64,000 nucleotides of DNA, from the NCBI GenBank assembly GCA_038045385.1, contig JBBSYE010000001.1, positions 42,165 to 106,164 on the forward strand. Direction: 5' to 3'. A program made the position numbers and the translations under genes. Below are positions 1 through 9,816 of the stretch, piece after piece. How positions within the stretch are numbered: the stretch's first letter is position 1; every line of letters starts with the position of its first letter. The notes under the pieces were generated by a model. It made no database searches, was not told the DNA's origin, and saw nothing but the letters and a program-made list of their open reading frames with translations. Source of the DNA: Nanobdellota archaeon. GTDB taxonomy: Archaea > Nanobdellota > Nanobdellia > Pacearchaeales > GW2011-AR1.

Positions 1-262
1 CCGCAACGCTTTCATTTCCAAATTCTATCTTTTCAATTTTTCTCTTAATATCCTTTCCAAGCAAATTTTGTGCAAGACTAGTTGAAGAAATCATTTCCTT
101 GCAAGAATCATTAAGAATCTTTATCCTATTCCTCAAAGAGGCACTAACTCCCTCAATAAGTTTCTTCTCATTCTCGCTACTATTCCTATGCTCAATAAAT
201 CCAATCAACTGCCTAGTCATCTCAAGCTCAACCGCCAGGTTTTTCTTTATCTCGTCTATCAT
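1..262 (-). CDS. 5' part of probable type II/IV secretion membrane platform protein (TadC/FlaJ-like); runs off window
   Basis: ATG at 262 overlaps the upstream stop (ATGA); open frame MIDEIKKNLAVELEM...; sits downstream of the pilus ATPase. Product is inferred from context only. Confidence 0.45.
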   Translation of the reverse strand, partial: MIDEIKKNLAVELEMTRQLIGFIEHRNSSENEKKLIEGVSASLRNRIKILNDSCKEMISSTSLAQNLLGKDIKRKIEKIEFGNESVA

Positions 263-420
263 ATCAAAGAATCAATCCTTTCACTTAACTCAAGAAGTTG
301 TTTTTTTGTCTTTTGAAAATTATCTACATTCTTATCATTAAAAGACTTTTCAAAATCAACAATCTTTTCTTTCATAGAAATTATAAGCTGAGCCAGAACC
401 ATAGCATCTCCTCTCTTCAT
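259..420 (-). CDS. small hypothetical protein (53 aa)
   Basis: Hand-translated MKRGDAMVLAQLIISMKEK...LELSERIDSLI*; TATA-like sequence upstream; coupled to the next gene. Confidence 0.6.
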   Translation of the reverse strand: MKRGDAMVLAQLIISMKEKIVDFEKSFNDKNVDNFQKTKKQLLELSERIDSLI

Positions 421-453
421 TTTAATAAATAATGAATGTTATTTATATACCTT

Positions 454-1977
454 TCAACCAACGGCGTATTGCTTCAAAACGGCGTCAGGGTTTCTATAGT
501 AGTCGTTAACAATTTTTCGCATTTCGTCAAACCCAAATACTTTTTTCTGAAAAAGAGAGTACAGCAATTTTGCTCTCTTCTTGAATTCCTCTTGAAGCTT
601 TTCATTTGGAATTCCATATCTAGTTGAAATTTTATCAAAGACTCTACTTTCTTTCTTGAAATAAAAGACATCTTGTGCAGGATTCCATGTAAAAGGAGTA
701 TTTATCAAAGCCGTCCCGTCCTTGTCAACATTAACAACTTCAACAATTTCTTTCAGCCTTCTTGTTTGTTTATTATTTACTATCGCATGAGTCATAATAA
801 CAACACAATCAAGAGAATTTACCAATGTAGGAGAGAGACTTATCGGAGGAGTTTCAAGTCTTCTTATAACCGTATCAAGAGAATCTGCGTGAATTGTACT
901 TATCGAAGCATGACCAGAAGCCATACCCTGAAATAAAACGAAAGCCTCCTTTCCTCTAACCTCTCCAACAATAACGTAATCTGGATTTTGACGAAAAGAG
1001 TTCTTAAGCAAATCAAATAAATCAACTTCTCCAACCTTACCAACTCCAATTGATGTTCTTGCTACAGCCGGAAGCCAATTCTCTCGAGGCAAATTTATCT
1101 CTCTTGTATCTTCAATTGAAATTACTCTTGCCTCTGGCGGAATGAAAAAAGCAAGTGCATTAAGCAGAGTAGTTTTTCCAGACGATGTACCACCGGCAAT
1201 CATAATGTTTGATTTATACTGCGTCAAAAGCCAAAAATAAGCAAGAATCTCCGGACTTAAACTACCAAGAGCAATAAGCTGAGTCGGCGTCCAAGGAACA
1301 TGAGTAAACTTTCTTATTGTAAACGTCGGTCCTCTAGACGTCACGTCCTTAGTATAAGTAGCATTTACTCTGTTCCCATCTGGCAAAGTCCCATCAAGCA
1401 AAGGTTGAGCATAAGAGATATACCTTCCACATCTCTGCGCAAGCTTCTCAACGAAGCTAGCGACTTCATTTACATCTTTGTAAACAATATTAGTCTTAAG
1501 ATTTCTATAGGCCCTATGAACTATGTAAATCGGCGTATTGATACCATTACACTCAATATCTTCAATAAAATAATCCTTTATTAGAGGATCAATTTCATTA
1601 AACCCAATAAAATTTCTATATAAATAATAAAACATTTTTTCATAAACATTCTCAGGGAAAGAAAGATCCATTTCCTGTATAACCAATCTTGCAGTCTTGT
1701 CAATATAATCAATCATACTTTCAAGAGTTCTTTCTTCTGCAACATTTATATTCATCAATTCAACCATGGCAGATTCAATCATCTTAAGCCACTGCTCCTC
1801 TTGAGGTTTAAGTAGGGGCTCTTCAACCTCATAAATCAACTCCCCCTCTTTTTCATTCCAATATATGTGAACTCCAGCGTAAGGCGCAATCAACGAATAT
1901 CTCACGTCAAGTTTAGTCTTATCTTCAATTCTCGGCAGAGCAGGAACTGAAGGATTTACATTAATATTTATTACCAT
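454..1977 (-). CDS. type II/IV secretion system (pilus assembly) ATPase, FlaI/VirB11 family
   Basis: Walker A GGTSSGKTT, IEDTRE, RQNPDYVIVGEVRG, GH..TIHA motifs. Confidence 0.93.
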   Translation of the reverse strand: MVININVNPSVPALPRIEDKTKLDVRYSLIAPYAGVHIYWNEKEGELIYEVEEPLLKPQEEQWLKMIESAMVELMNINVAEERTLESMIDYIDKTARLVIQEMDLSFPENVYEKMFYYLYRNFIGFNEIDPLIKDYFIEDIECNGINTPIYIVHRAYRNLKTNIVYKDVNEVASFVEKLAQRCGRYISYAQPLLDGTLPDGNRVNATYTKDVTSRGPTFTIRKFTHVPWTPTQLIALGSLSPEILAYFWLLTQYKSNIMIAGGTSSGKTTLLNALAFFIPPEARVISIEDTREINLPRENWLPAVARTSIGVGKVGEVDLFDLLKNSFRQNPDYVIVGEVRGKEAFVLFQGMASGHASISTIHADSLDTVIRRLETPPISLSPTLVNSLDCVVIMTHAIVNNKQTRRLKEIVEVVNVDKDGTALINTPFTWNPAQDVFYFKKESRVFDKISTRYGIPNEKLQEEFKKRAKLLYSLFQKKVFGFDEMRKIVNDYYRNPDAVLKQYAVG

Positions 1978-2014
1978 CTTTTTCGTTAAAAGAAGAATTT
2001 ACTTAAATTTAAAC

Positions 2015-2548
2015 CTATCCACTAGAAATTTCCCTAAAGTCTATTCGATAGAAATCTCCTCCTTCAAGTAGCCCAATATTTTCAAATCTAAATCTATAAG
2101 GCACAGGAGAAGGTGCAAAAATTCTCTCGCTATCGGCCTCTTCAACAATATCAAATCTTCCAGAATAATCCAAAGAGAGCATTACATCAACTCTATCTCC
2201 GACTTTGCTTGTCAGTACATCAATATTTCCTATTTGAGTCTCAATTCCTTCTTCAGAATATACAATATCACTATCTTCAAGCAGATAAGATATTTTTTCA
2301 TTTTCAGAATCCACAGAAATAACTCCTTCTTTTATCCTAACATCAATTACTCTAGCATTTCCAGGATCTGTAGAGATTGCTTTTATTACAGAGTCTATAG
2401 AATTCATAACGGAGATTGTTTGCTCAATTACTGCCTTATCACGATATTCATTTATTCTCGGCGTAACAACCCCAAGTACAAGCCCAATAAGCGCAAGTCC
2501 AACTAGCGTATAAATAACCGTCTCAATCCAAACTTGTCCCCTCTTCAT
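2015..2548 (-). CDS. pilin-like protein, class III signal peptide
   Basis: MKRG/QVWIETVIYTLVGLALIGLVL N-terminus; located in pilus locus. Confidence 0.75.
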   Translation of the reverse strand: MKRGQVWIETVIYTLVGLALIGLVLGVVTPRINEYRDKAVIEQTISVMNSIDSVIKAISTDPGNARVIDVRIKEGVISVDSENEKISYLLEDSDIVYSEEGIETQIGNIDVLTSKVGDRVDVMLSLDYSGRFDIVEEADSERIFAPSPVPYRFRFENIGLLEGGDFYRIDFREISSG

Positions 2549-2549
2549 T

Positions 2550-3062
2550 TTAACTTAGCGTAATACCTTCCTCACACGGAACCAAATCTATAGAATCACT
2601 AACATCACAACTCTTTGAACCAATAATCGGCGCAACCTCAATCTTGCTGAAAGAACCAGTTGCAACATAAGTTCTCAATCCTCCTTTAGCAGGAATATTT
2701 AAGACATTATCTGAAGCTCCTAGCATCTTGATAACTCCCCCCAAATCACCATCTTCTGTAATTTTATAAGGAGTTGCACTTCCGGCATTATGAAGTATCA
2801 GTGTAAATCCCTCAATATCAATAGCTCCTCTCTGAACAGATATTCCCGTCAATTCTGTTGTTCCAGAAGCATCAAGACAAGCATAATCCGTTCCAACAAG
2901 CGTTAACTTATTTATTGTTTCAAAGCAATCACTTCCGCCGTCAAGGCTATTTCTAACAAATGGGATGACAAAAGCAGCAAGCACAGATATTAAAGCCACA
3001 GTTATCACGAGAAGCAAAACAGTAGCAACAACCGGCGAAACCCCTCTTTTCATTCTCATCAA
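2550..3062 (-). CDS. archaeal type IV pilin
   Basis: KRG/VSPVVATVLLLVIT class III signal. Confidence 0.85.
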   Translation of the reverse strand: MMRMKRGVSPVVATVLLLVITVALISVLAAFVIPFVRNSLDGGSDCFETINKLTLVGTDYACLDASGTTELTGISVQRGAIDIEGFTLILHNAGSATPYKITEDGDLGGVIKMLGASDNVLNIPAKGGLRTYVATGSFSKIEVAPIIGSKSCDVSDSIDLVPCEEGITLS

Positions 3063-3087
3063 AAAGGAATCTCTTTTTTATACTTTG

Positions 3088-3546
3088 CTATGAAATGAGT
3101 TGAACATTCTTTCCAGTGGAATCAGGGCAAGGATAAGTAACTCTATTTCCTCCAGAAGCTTCAGCAAGCAAAACAGGGACAACAAGCCCACTATCATAAT
3201 CTCCAATAACAAAATTATTAGATTCACCAGGGTTTAGTTTACTATCTCCATTGCTATCTTGAACACTCTCCGGAGTTATACTTCCATCGCGAGCTCCTCT
3301 AAATTCAAAACCAAAGATTGGAACATTCCCGCTATTACTTATCCCAAGTGTTCTAACTCCGTTATTGTCGTTATAAAGTTCAGCAGAAAAAACTATCTTA
3401 TCACATGACAACTCAACAGCCCTATCATTTTTCTGCGCCCCCTCCCTAAGAAAGCTTTGAGCCCAAAGAAAAATTATCGCAGCCAAAACGACAGTTATAG
3501 CGATAAGAAGCACAGTAGCAACAACCGGCGAAACCCCTCTTTTCAT
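3088..3546 (-). CDS. archaeal type IV pilin
   Basis: MKRG/VSPVVATVLLIAIT class III signal. Confidence 0.85.
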   Translation of the reverse strand: MKRGVSPVVATVLLIAITVVLAAIIFLWAQSFLREGAQKNDRAVELSCDKIVFSAELYNDNNGVRTLGISNSGNVPIFGFEFRGARDGSITPESVQDSNGDSKLNPGESNNFVIGDYDSGLVVPVLLAEASGGNRVTYPCPDSTGKNVQLIS

Positions 3547-3576
3547 ATTCCATTAGAGAAAATCAGCTTTTTATAT

Positions 3577-4095
3577 TTATAGTGAACAAGTAAGCTTCTG
3601 TTTTATAATTGCCCCCGAGCAGATTATATCCTTTTTCACATTTCCAGAAGCAAGTATAATCGGCTGAATCTCTACTTCTCTCTCCCCAGTTCCCAGAAGA
3701 GGATTCTCTTCAAAGTAGCTAACGCTCTGCCCAGGTTTTAGCCCGTCTTCATAATCTTGATTATAATTAATAAAATAAACCTTGCAAGAAGAATCGTCAC
3801 AAGGAAGCAAGTCTAGCTTCACAATTCTTCCCTCTTCCCCAATTTTAATCAAAACACCATCTACACTAAATAACCCCTTATTATCTAAAGTAATATTTAC
3901 TTTTCCCCCAGAACAGCTTAAACTCCTTATCACGAGCGCAACATCATCCGGACATCTCTCAGCATCAGGAGGCGCATAATTAGCAAGAAAATTATATACT
4001 CCTCCAGCAAGCGCAAGAGCTATAACAACAAGAAGCACATAACCGATAATAGGGCTAACTCCTTTTTTATCCAGTTGTAACAAACCTATCTTCAT
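3577..4095 (-). CDS. archaeal type IV pilin
   Basis: KKG/VSPIIGYVLLVVIAL class III signal; start codon uncertain. Confidence 0.8.
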   Translation of the reverse strand: MKIGLLQLDKKGVSPIIGYVLLVVIALALAGGVYNFLANYAPPDAERCPDDVALVIRSLSCSGGKVNITLDNKGLFSVDGVLIKIGEEGRIVKLDLLPCDDSSCKVYFINYNQDYEDGLKPGQSVSYFEENPLLGTGEREVEIQPIILASGNVKKDIICSGAIIKQKLTCSL

Positions 4096-4600
4096 TTTCC
4101 TCCCTTACGAGAACAAAATAAAAGTTCTGTCCATTTTCCAAATTAAAATTATAATCTATTCCGTCAATACTAACTCTTACCAAATCTCCAGTTTGGGAAA
4201 TAGCAGGCACCTCATTAACTTGTGTTCTTGCGACACCCTCGCAAGTTACTAAACCTCCCGTATCAATGCCAATGCAGCCAACTCCATCTTGAGTAAGTGT
4301 ATAGGCATGAAGTTCTTCAGAATTTCCATAAACAAAAACAACTCTATCTCTTTCAATATAAGGTGCATAATCTTCAATCAAACGTCTTATCAAATCGTCT
4401 GTACCTTGACCTTCGCCTTCATAGTCATTATAAGTACCATAATCACTAACTTGCCTTGCTTCAAAACCAATCTCCTTTCCCAAATCATAAAATCTTTCAT
4501 TCTCTCCGCTTTTCTGAACGTAATTTACAACAACAGTAAGCCCAAGAAGCGCGCCAACAATTACAATAGCAGCCATCAAGAAAAATTGTCCTCTTTCCAT
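4067..4600 (-). CDS. pilin-like protein, class III signal peptide
   Basis: MERG/QFFLMAAIVIVGALL. Confidence 0.7.
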   Translation of the reverse strand: MERGQFFLMAAIVIVGALLGLTVVVNYVQKSGENERFYDLGKEIGFEARQVSDYGTYNDYEGEGQGTDDLIRRLIEDYAPYIERDRVVFVYGNSEELHAYTLTQDGVGCIGIDTGGLVTCEGVARTQVNEVPAISQTGDLVRVSIDGIDYNFNLENGQNFYFVLVREENEDRFVTTG

Positions 4601-4635
4601 AAATTAAATATAACTTCGTTGTATTTAAAGATTAG

Positions 4636-4932
4636 TCAAAAGTAATTTTTTACAGCGAAGAGGCCTTGGCTTGACCAACCATCGAGAACTTTTCCCTCAA
4701 CTAGCCAACCATTAAAATTTCCAAATCTTTCTCTTATCTCTGCTTCAATTTCTTCTTTTGATTTCAAATGAGGAAATCCAGATTTCTCAATTAAGGTTCT
4801 AGAAAGGCGCCCCAATATATCATCATAATAAAAAGAAACACTTTGTGGCTCTTCAAATTCTCTTATTTTATCTTCTCTCACAATATAAATCGCATCTCTG
4901 CTAAAATTGTAAAATTCAACATCATCTATCAT
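4636..4932 (-). CDS. hypothetical protein
   Basis: 98-aa ORF with no recognised motif. Confidence 0.5.
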   Translation of the reverse strand: MIDDVEFYNFSRDAIYIVREDKIREFEEPQSVSFYYDDILGRLSRTLIEKSGFPHLKSKEEIEAEIRERFGNFNGWLVEGKVLDGWSSQGLFAVKNYF

Positions 4933-4984
4933 AAGAAAACCTCATTCGGGCACTTAATAAACATTATTATCAAAAAAATAAAAG

Positions 4985-5241
4985 TGTAGACGGGGAGTCT
5001 GCTCAAACAAACCGCCTGAGTTGATTCGCGCCTTTCTCGGCCATGCAACCCGGTAAGCACCGCGTTTCCTGTTTAGGGCTGCTCCGATCAAGGCCTGACC
5101 CGATTCACAAGAGCACGATCGAACCGGACATAGCGTCAACGTCCAGTACGAGACGCAAACGACAAGTTCTCACGCGCTCCTTTAAGCCTGCCTAAAGCCC
5201 GTTTGCAAATAGCGGAGGGCTACCCCGCCGGCTCGTCTACA
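4985..5241 (-). ncRNA. ffs: archaeal SRP (7S) RNA
   Basis: GC-rich island; terminal helix UGUAGACG/CGUCUACA; helix-8 motif GGGUCAGGCC..GGAGCAGCCC; long helix 6; TATA upstream and U-tract downstream. Confidence 0.85.
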
Positions 5242-5298
5242 TAAACTAAGACAGTAAAGTGTTTTTAAACCTTCTTCCAAACCCTATTCAGCCCATCT

Positions 5299-5601
5299 TC
5301 ATAACATTTCCTTCGCTTCTACTTTTTTATCATCATAAATAAAAATTTCCAAACAAAATTCGCTAGTCCCATCCCTTCTCGGAATAAAGCTCTCAATGTT
5401 TGCACTAACAATACACTTGCCAACAGGAGTATCGGATATAATATAATTCGTAGTGCGAGGCCTTACTAATCCCAAGTAATTGAAAAAATCTCCTCTTTCC
5501 ATACTATCAACTTTCCCCAAACTTTCTATGCTCTTAAGCACATCTAAAAATTCATCTGGCTCAATATCTCTCTTAATAGTCTCAGCCAAAGACAAAACCA
5601 T
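5299..5601 (-). CDS. hypothetical protein
   Basis: 100-aa ORF. Confidence 0.5.
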   Translation of the reverse strand: MVLSLAETIKRDIEPDEFLDVLKSIESLGKVDSMERGDFFNYLGLVRPRTTNYIISDTPVGKCIVSANIESFIPRRDGTSEFCLEIFIYDDKKVEAKEML

Positions 5602-5606
5602 CTTTT

Positions 5607-5828
5607 CTAAATCTCGCCATATCTAACCGATTTCTTTCTCATCTTATACGGCACAGTTTCAGAAACAACTTCTTCCTCAACTTGCTCTTTAATCGCCTTA
5701 TAGTCATCATCCTTCTTTTCCACACGAGGAGGAATTATTAGAAATAAAAATACAAAAAATACTAGAAAAAATATTAAAATTCCAGTCACAATCAACATCA
5801 AAGTCAAAGCATCCATATATCCAAGCAA
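5607..5828 (-). CDS. small single-TM membrane protein
   Basis: hydrophobic N-terminal helix followed by a charged tail. Confidence 0.55.
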   Translation of the reverse strand: MLGYMDALTLMLIVTGILIFFLVFFVFLFLIIPPRVEKKDDDYKAIKEQVEEEVVSETVPYKMRKKSVRYGEI

Positions 5829-5855
5829 AAAATCAGGTATTTAATGATTATTGTG

Positions 5856-7517
5856 CTACATTCTCTCAATAACATCAATGCCCAAAAGACCAAGCGCATT
5901 CTTTAAGGTCTGCGCAAAAGCTTCAACAAGTGTAAGCCTAAAGTTCTCTTCGGCACTCCCGATGACTTTACAAGAATGATAAAATTCATTAAATGTCTGC
6001 GATAAATCATAAGCATAATGTGCAATTAAATTTGGCGAGTAATCAAGTGAAGATTGTCGAACAACTTCTGGAAATCGAGCAATTTCAGAAACAACTTTTT
6101 TTTCAGAGTCATTAACCCCAGTAATAATCATTTTTTTTCCCTTATTTTTCTTTAAAATATTCTTTGCCCGAGCGTAGCTATAAAGCAAGTAAGGCCCGGT
6201 ATCTCCCTCAAAAGAAACAAATCTATCAATATCAAAAACAACATCTGTGCTTCTATTATTTTTCAAATCACCATAAAAGATAGCGGCTCTAGCAATTGCC
6301 AGCGCGCGTCGCTCAAGTTCTTTATCGCTAATCTTTTCTCTCTTCAAAATTTCCTTTTTGGCAAGGTTGGCAGTTTCCTCTAAAATATCTTTCATAAAAA
6401 CAGTCTTGCCCTTTCTTGTAGCAAACTTTTTTCCATCTCCATCCAAATACAACCCGTGATCAATATGAACGCACTTAGCTGCCCAATTAAATCCAAGTAG
6501 TTCAAGCACTTTGAAAAACTGCCTAAAATGTAGCTTCTGTTCAGCGCCCACTTCGTAAAGAAGATAATCTGCTCCAAATCTATTGTGTCTATCAATAGCG
6601 GCAGTTATATCTCTTGTAGCATAAAGAGTTCCTCCATCGGCTTTCTTAATCAAGCAAACTCCAAGATTATATCTCTCAAGGTTCACAACCCAAGCACCAT
6701 CACTTAGCTCAAGTAAACTTTTCTTCTTCAATAGCCCAATAGTTGAGTCCATTTTAGAATTATATTCCGACTCTCCAGAAAATACATCAAATTTCACATT
6801 CAGAAGTTTGTAAATTTTTTTGAATTCATCCAAACTTAGTTTGCGAAATTCAGCCCATATTTTCAAAGCCTCTTTATCTCCTTGCTCCATTTTTCTAAAC
6901 CAATTCCTTCCCAATTCATCAAATCTTTCATCAGAAGAGGCTTTTACATAAACTTCCAGAAGATGTTTTAAAGGCTCTTTTTTTAACAATTTAGAATTTC
7001 CAAATTCTTTATATCCCGCTATAATTTTTCCAAATGGAGTCCCCCAGTCTCCCAAATAATTCAACTTTTTTACTTTATATCCGCTAAAACTTAGCGTCTT
7101 TGCAATAGAGTTTCCAATTATAGTAGATCTAAGATGTCCTATTCCGAATGGTTTTGCAATATTCGGAGAAGACATATCAATAACAACTACTTTTTCAGCT
7201 CCAATTTTCGAAGAGCCGTATTTATCTCTTTTCTTCTTGACTTCCAAAATTGTTCCACTCGCTAGCATTTTTCTACTAACAAAGAAATTAACGTAAGGAC
7301 CAGAGGCTTGAACTTTCTCAATCTCCTCAGTTTTGATTATCTTGCTCGCTAGTTCTTTAGCAATTTCTACAGGATTCTTCTTCATAAATTTAGCAAGAGC
7401 AAAGCATGGAAATGCATAATCTCCCAAAGAATCATCTTTCGGCTTTTCAATAAGTTCCTCAATATCAAGTTCATCTTTCACAACCTTCTTAAGAAGTTTA
7501 ACAACAATTTCCCTCAT
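5856..7517 (-). CDS. argS: arginine--tRNA ligase
   Basis: SSPNIAKPFGIGHLRS, GDWG, YATRD, TRKG, GPYLLYSYAR motifs; ends ERM. Confidence 0.97.
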   Translation of the reverse strand: MREIVVKLLKKVVKDELDIEELIEKPKDDSLGDYAFPCFALAKFMKKNPVEIAKELASKIIKTEEIEKVQASGPYVNFFVSRKMLASGTILEVKKKRDKYGSSKIGAEKVVVIDMSSPNIAKPFGIGHLRSTIIGNSIAKTLSFSGYKVKKLNYLGDWGTPFGKIIAGYKEFGNSKLLKKEPLKHLLEVYVKASSDERFDELGRNWFRKMEQGDKEALKIWAEFRKLSLDEFKKIYKLLNVKFDVFSGESEYNSKMDSTIGLLKKKSLLELSDGAWVVNLERYNLGVCLIKKADGGTLYATRDITAAIDRHNRFGADYLLYEVGAEQKLHFRQFFKVLELLGFNWAAKCVHIDHGLYLDGDGKKFATRKGKTVFMKDILEETANLAKKEILKREKISDKELERRALAIARAAIFYGDLKNNRSTDVVFDIDRFVSFEGDTGPYLLYSYARAKNILKKNKGKKMIITGVNDSEKKVVSEIARFPEVVRQSSLDYSPNLIAHYAYDLSQTFNEFYHSCKVIGSAEENFRLTLVEAFAQTLKNALGLLGIDVIERM

Positions 7518-7547
7518 TTCATCAAGTCTTAAACTTTCTTAATAAAT

Positions 7548-8000
7548 CTATCCAAGACAACCGCCATATTTCAACAGAGCCCTATATTTTAAACCCAAAG
7601 AGGCCTCAGGGCCCCTAATATCAACAATCAAATCTCCATTTGTCCTCGCCTGTTGCAATCCAGAACACCATCCTTGTTCTCCAATCTTATCAAGGTAGCT
7701 TTCTGGAATAGAAACATAAACATCCGCTCTTTCGCTAGCCCCAGAAGAAACAGAATTTCCAGAGATAGTATAATCTTCCTCCCCAACTCTCAAGCCTATA
7801 ATCCCACTTTCAGGCATATCCTGTACTACTGCAAACTTGCCCAATTCTGAAGGTAAATTTTCCTGTGTTATCTCTCTAGGCGTCCAAGTAGAATACTGAG
7901 GTTTAGCAAAAAAACTATCATAAAAAAAATAGCCTGCAATTAAAAGAACAACAAGAAAAAAACCAATAAGAACAAATCTTACACTTCTTTTTTTAATCAT
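7548..8000 (-). CDS. membrane-anchored protein, possibly SCP2-like fold
   Basis: N-terminal TM helix; C-terminal beta/alpha pattern (weak inference). Confidence 0.45.
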   Translation of the reverse strand: MIKKRSVRFVLIGFFLVVLLIAGYFFYDSFFAKPQYSTWTPREITQENLPSELGKFAVVQDMPESGIIGLRVGEEDYTISGNSVSSGASERADVYVSIPESYLDKIGEQGWCSGLQQARTNGDLIVDIRGPEASLGLKYRALLKYGGCLG

Positions 8001-8045
8001 AATCTAGCATAATAAGAAGAGTATATAAATTTTCTAAACTTAAAT

Positions 8046-8873
8046 CTAGTATCCCCAGTTTGCAAGAATTTCAGTTATATCATTAAAGTTTACCATTTTA
8101 TCTCCATCTACATCAGCTCTGCCTGTTTCAGCTCTACCTATTAGGTATCTTACAATTTCGACATCAATCACATCAGCAACGCCGTCTCCATTGACATCGC
8201 CCTTCTTATTAGGGTCAAGCAATAAGAATTTGATTGGATTAGCCTTATCAGCAACAATCTCTCCTGTTTTTTGCACAGACATCTCAAGGCCGTATACCCC
8301 TGCGTTATAATTGTTTGTAGATAGCATAAGAGTTATGATGCTAACAGTTCCATCCTGCTCACTTACAGTAGAAAGAACGCTCAATTCAGGACAACTTGTA
8401 GATGAGTCTCCATGCATAAAAGAGCACGTTTGTACAAGCGGGTTACCTGAGCCTGTACCAATTCCACTAAGTTCAATTCTAATCGCTTCATCATTTTCAA
8501 TAGCAACATCACTCTGTAACTCTAGATAAATTGGCAAATCAGTTCCAAGCCAAGTTTTATCATATCCCACATCAATAAATGCAGTAATATTAGAAGATAC
8601 ATTTAATCCAAGATTTACTGGAACCACTCTATTAATAATTCCGTTATCGCTATTTCTACTTTTTGAGCTTCCAGAACTGCTTGAACTTTGAGGAGTATTC
8701 ACAACTTCATCTTTATCATCAATTACGACAAAAGAGTTTTCAGTAACAGAACCTTCAAGAGCAGCATTACTATCTATCCCGCTATTAAAATCTTCAGAAG
8801 CAAATCCAAAAATACTCAACATAGTAACTAAAGCTAAAGTCAAAGCGACTCCCGCAAAGAACATCTTATTCAT
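8046..8873 (-). CDS. secreted protein with C-terminal dockerin-like domain
   Basis: signal peptide, Ser-rich linker, paired GDVNGDG...ADVDGD Ca-binding repeats. Confidence 0.7.
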   Translation of the reverse strand: MNKMFFAGVALTLALVTMLSIFGFASEDFNSGIDSNAALEGSVTENSFVVIDDKDEVVNTPQSSSSSGSSKSRNSDNGIINRVVPVNLGLNVSSNITAFIDVGYDKTWLGTDLPIYLELQSDVAIENDEAIRIELSGIGTGSGNPLVQTCSFMHGDSSTSCPELSVLSTVSEQDGTVSIITLMLSTNNYNAGVYGLEMSVQKTGEIVADKANPIKFLLLDPNKKGDVNGDGVADVIDVEIVRYLIGRAETGRADVDGDKMVNFNDITEILANWGY

Positions 8874-8948
8874 AAATAAACCCTCCAAAAGAGGTATTTA
8901 AACTTTTCGGCATCAAATTTAAAACCCTCCAAACTCAAATATAATCAT

Positions 8949-9021
8949 GCCTCTATAGCTCAGCGGTTAGAGCGTTGCACTCGTAATGCAAAGGTCGGGA
9001 GTTCAATTCTCCCTAGAGGCT
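8949..9021 (+). tRNA. tRNA-Thr(CGT)
   Basis: acceptor GCCTCTA/TAGAGGC; anticodon arm TTGCA-CTCGTAA-TGCAA; T loop TTCAATT; CCA not encoded. Confidence 0.95.
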
Positions 9022-9026
9022 TATAA

Positions 9027-9052
9027 CCAACAAACACTGCGGTGTTTGTTGG
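9027..9052. terminator. perfect 11-bp hairpin downstream of tRNA-Thr
   Basis: CCAACAAACAC-TGCG-GTGTTTGTTGG. Confidence 0.5.
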
Positions 9053-9098
9053 AAGTCCTTCTAGAAAAGCTTAAAAACCTGATAAAAGCCAGAATTAT

Positions 9099-9371
9099 AT
9101 GATAACTGAAAGACAAGTACTAGAACAAATTTTAGGAGCTAGAAAATATGTTAGAGAAAACGCAGAGGCTCTTAGACAGCAGTATGGATCACATTATCTT
9201 GCAATAAGTGGGAATGCAGTTGTAGATCACGACGCTGATGAAGGAGAACTTATAAAAAGAACATTAGGTTCTAATAGAGGAGTTACTTATGGCACAATAG
9301 ATCATTTAACTGGCCTTCCTGAACTGGTAACTGCCGCAGAAGAGAGATTAAAAGAATTAGCAGTTGCTTAA
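9099..9371 (+). CDS. hypothetical protein (DUF5678-like)
   Basis: ENAEALRQQYGSHYLAISGNAVVDHDAD pattern; TATA ~22 nt upstream. Confidence 0.5.
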   Translation: MITERQVLEQILGARKYVRENAEALRQQYGSHYLAISGNAVVDHDADEGELIKRTLGSNRGVTYGTIDHLTGLPELVTAAEERLKELAVA

Positions 9372-9517
9372 AAATAGCAAAGTAAATAAACTCCTAGAAC
9401 ATTAGATAACTAAGTTACGAGATTAGGCGGTTCAAAGCCACTAGCGAGGTTCCCGAAAAGTTCAGAGCCAAATAGAGGCTTAAGATACTTTTAAATAAGC
9501 AAAAAAGTCATATTTTT

Positions 9518-9814
9518 ATGGCGAAAGATTGCATTGAAGTTATAGTAACTCCTGAGTTCGCATCAAAGGAAAAACCAGGCAAACTCGTCTTCCGAGGAAA
9601 ACCTCCGGCAATAGATATAAGACAAGAAATGCATCATGGTAGATCTTATGTAGTAAAGGCTCCTGCGTATGCCTATGGTCGTGAAATTGAAATAGTAGGT
9701 TCTATGGTCAAAGAAGCATTATGTTTAACTGACGCCCACCAAAATCATAGAATTAAATATTGCCTCTTCCAAGACGGAAAGAAGAAAATTGATATTTTTC
9801 CCCTCAAGACTTAA
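9518..9814 (+). CDS. hypothetical protein
   Basis: 98-aa ORF with upstream TATA. Confidence 0.55.
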   Translation: MAKDCIEVIVTPEFASKEKPGKLVFRGKPPAIDIRQEMHHGRSYVVKAPAYAYGREIEIVGSMVKEALCLTDAHQNHRIKYCLFQDGKKKIDIFPLKT

Positions 9815-9816
9815 CA

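Noticed and set aside
4954-5139. 61-aa ORF, and the alternative call RNase P RNA
   Set aside because: The ORF overlaps the SRP RNA, and RNase P signature motifs (GAGGAAAGUCC) are not seen.
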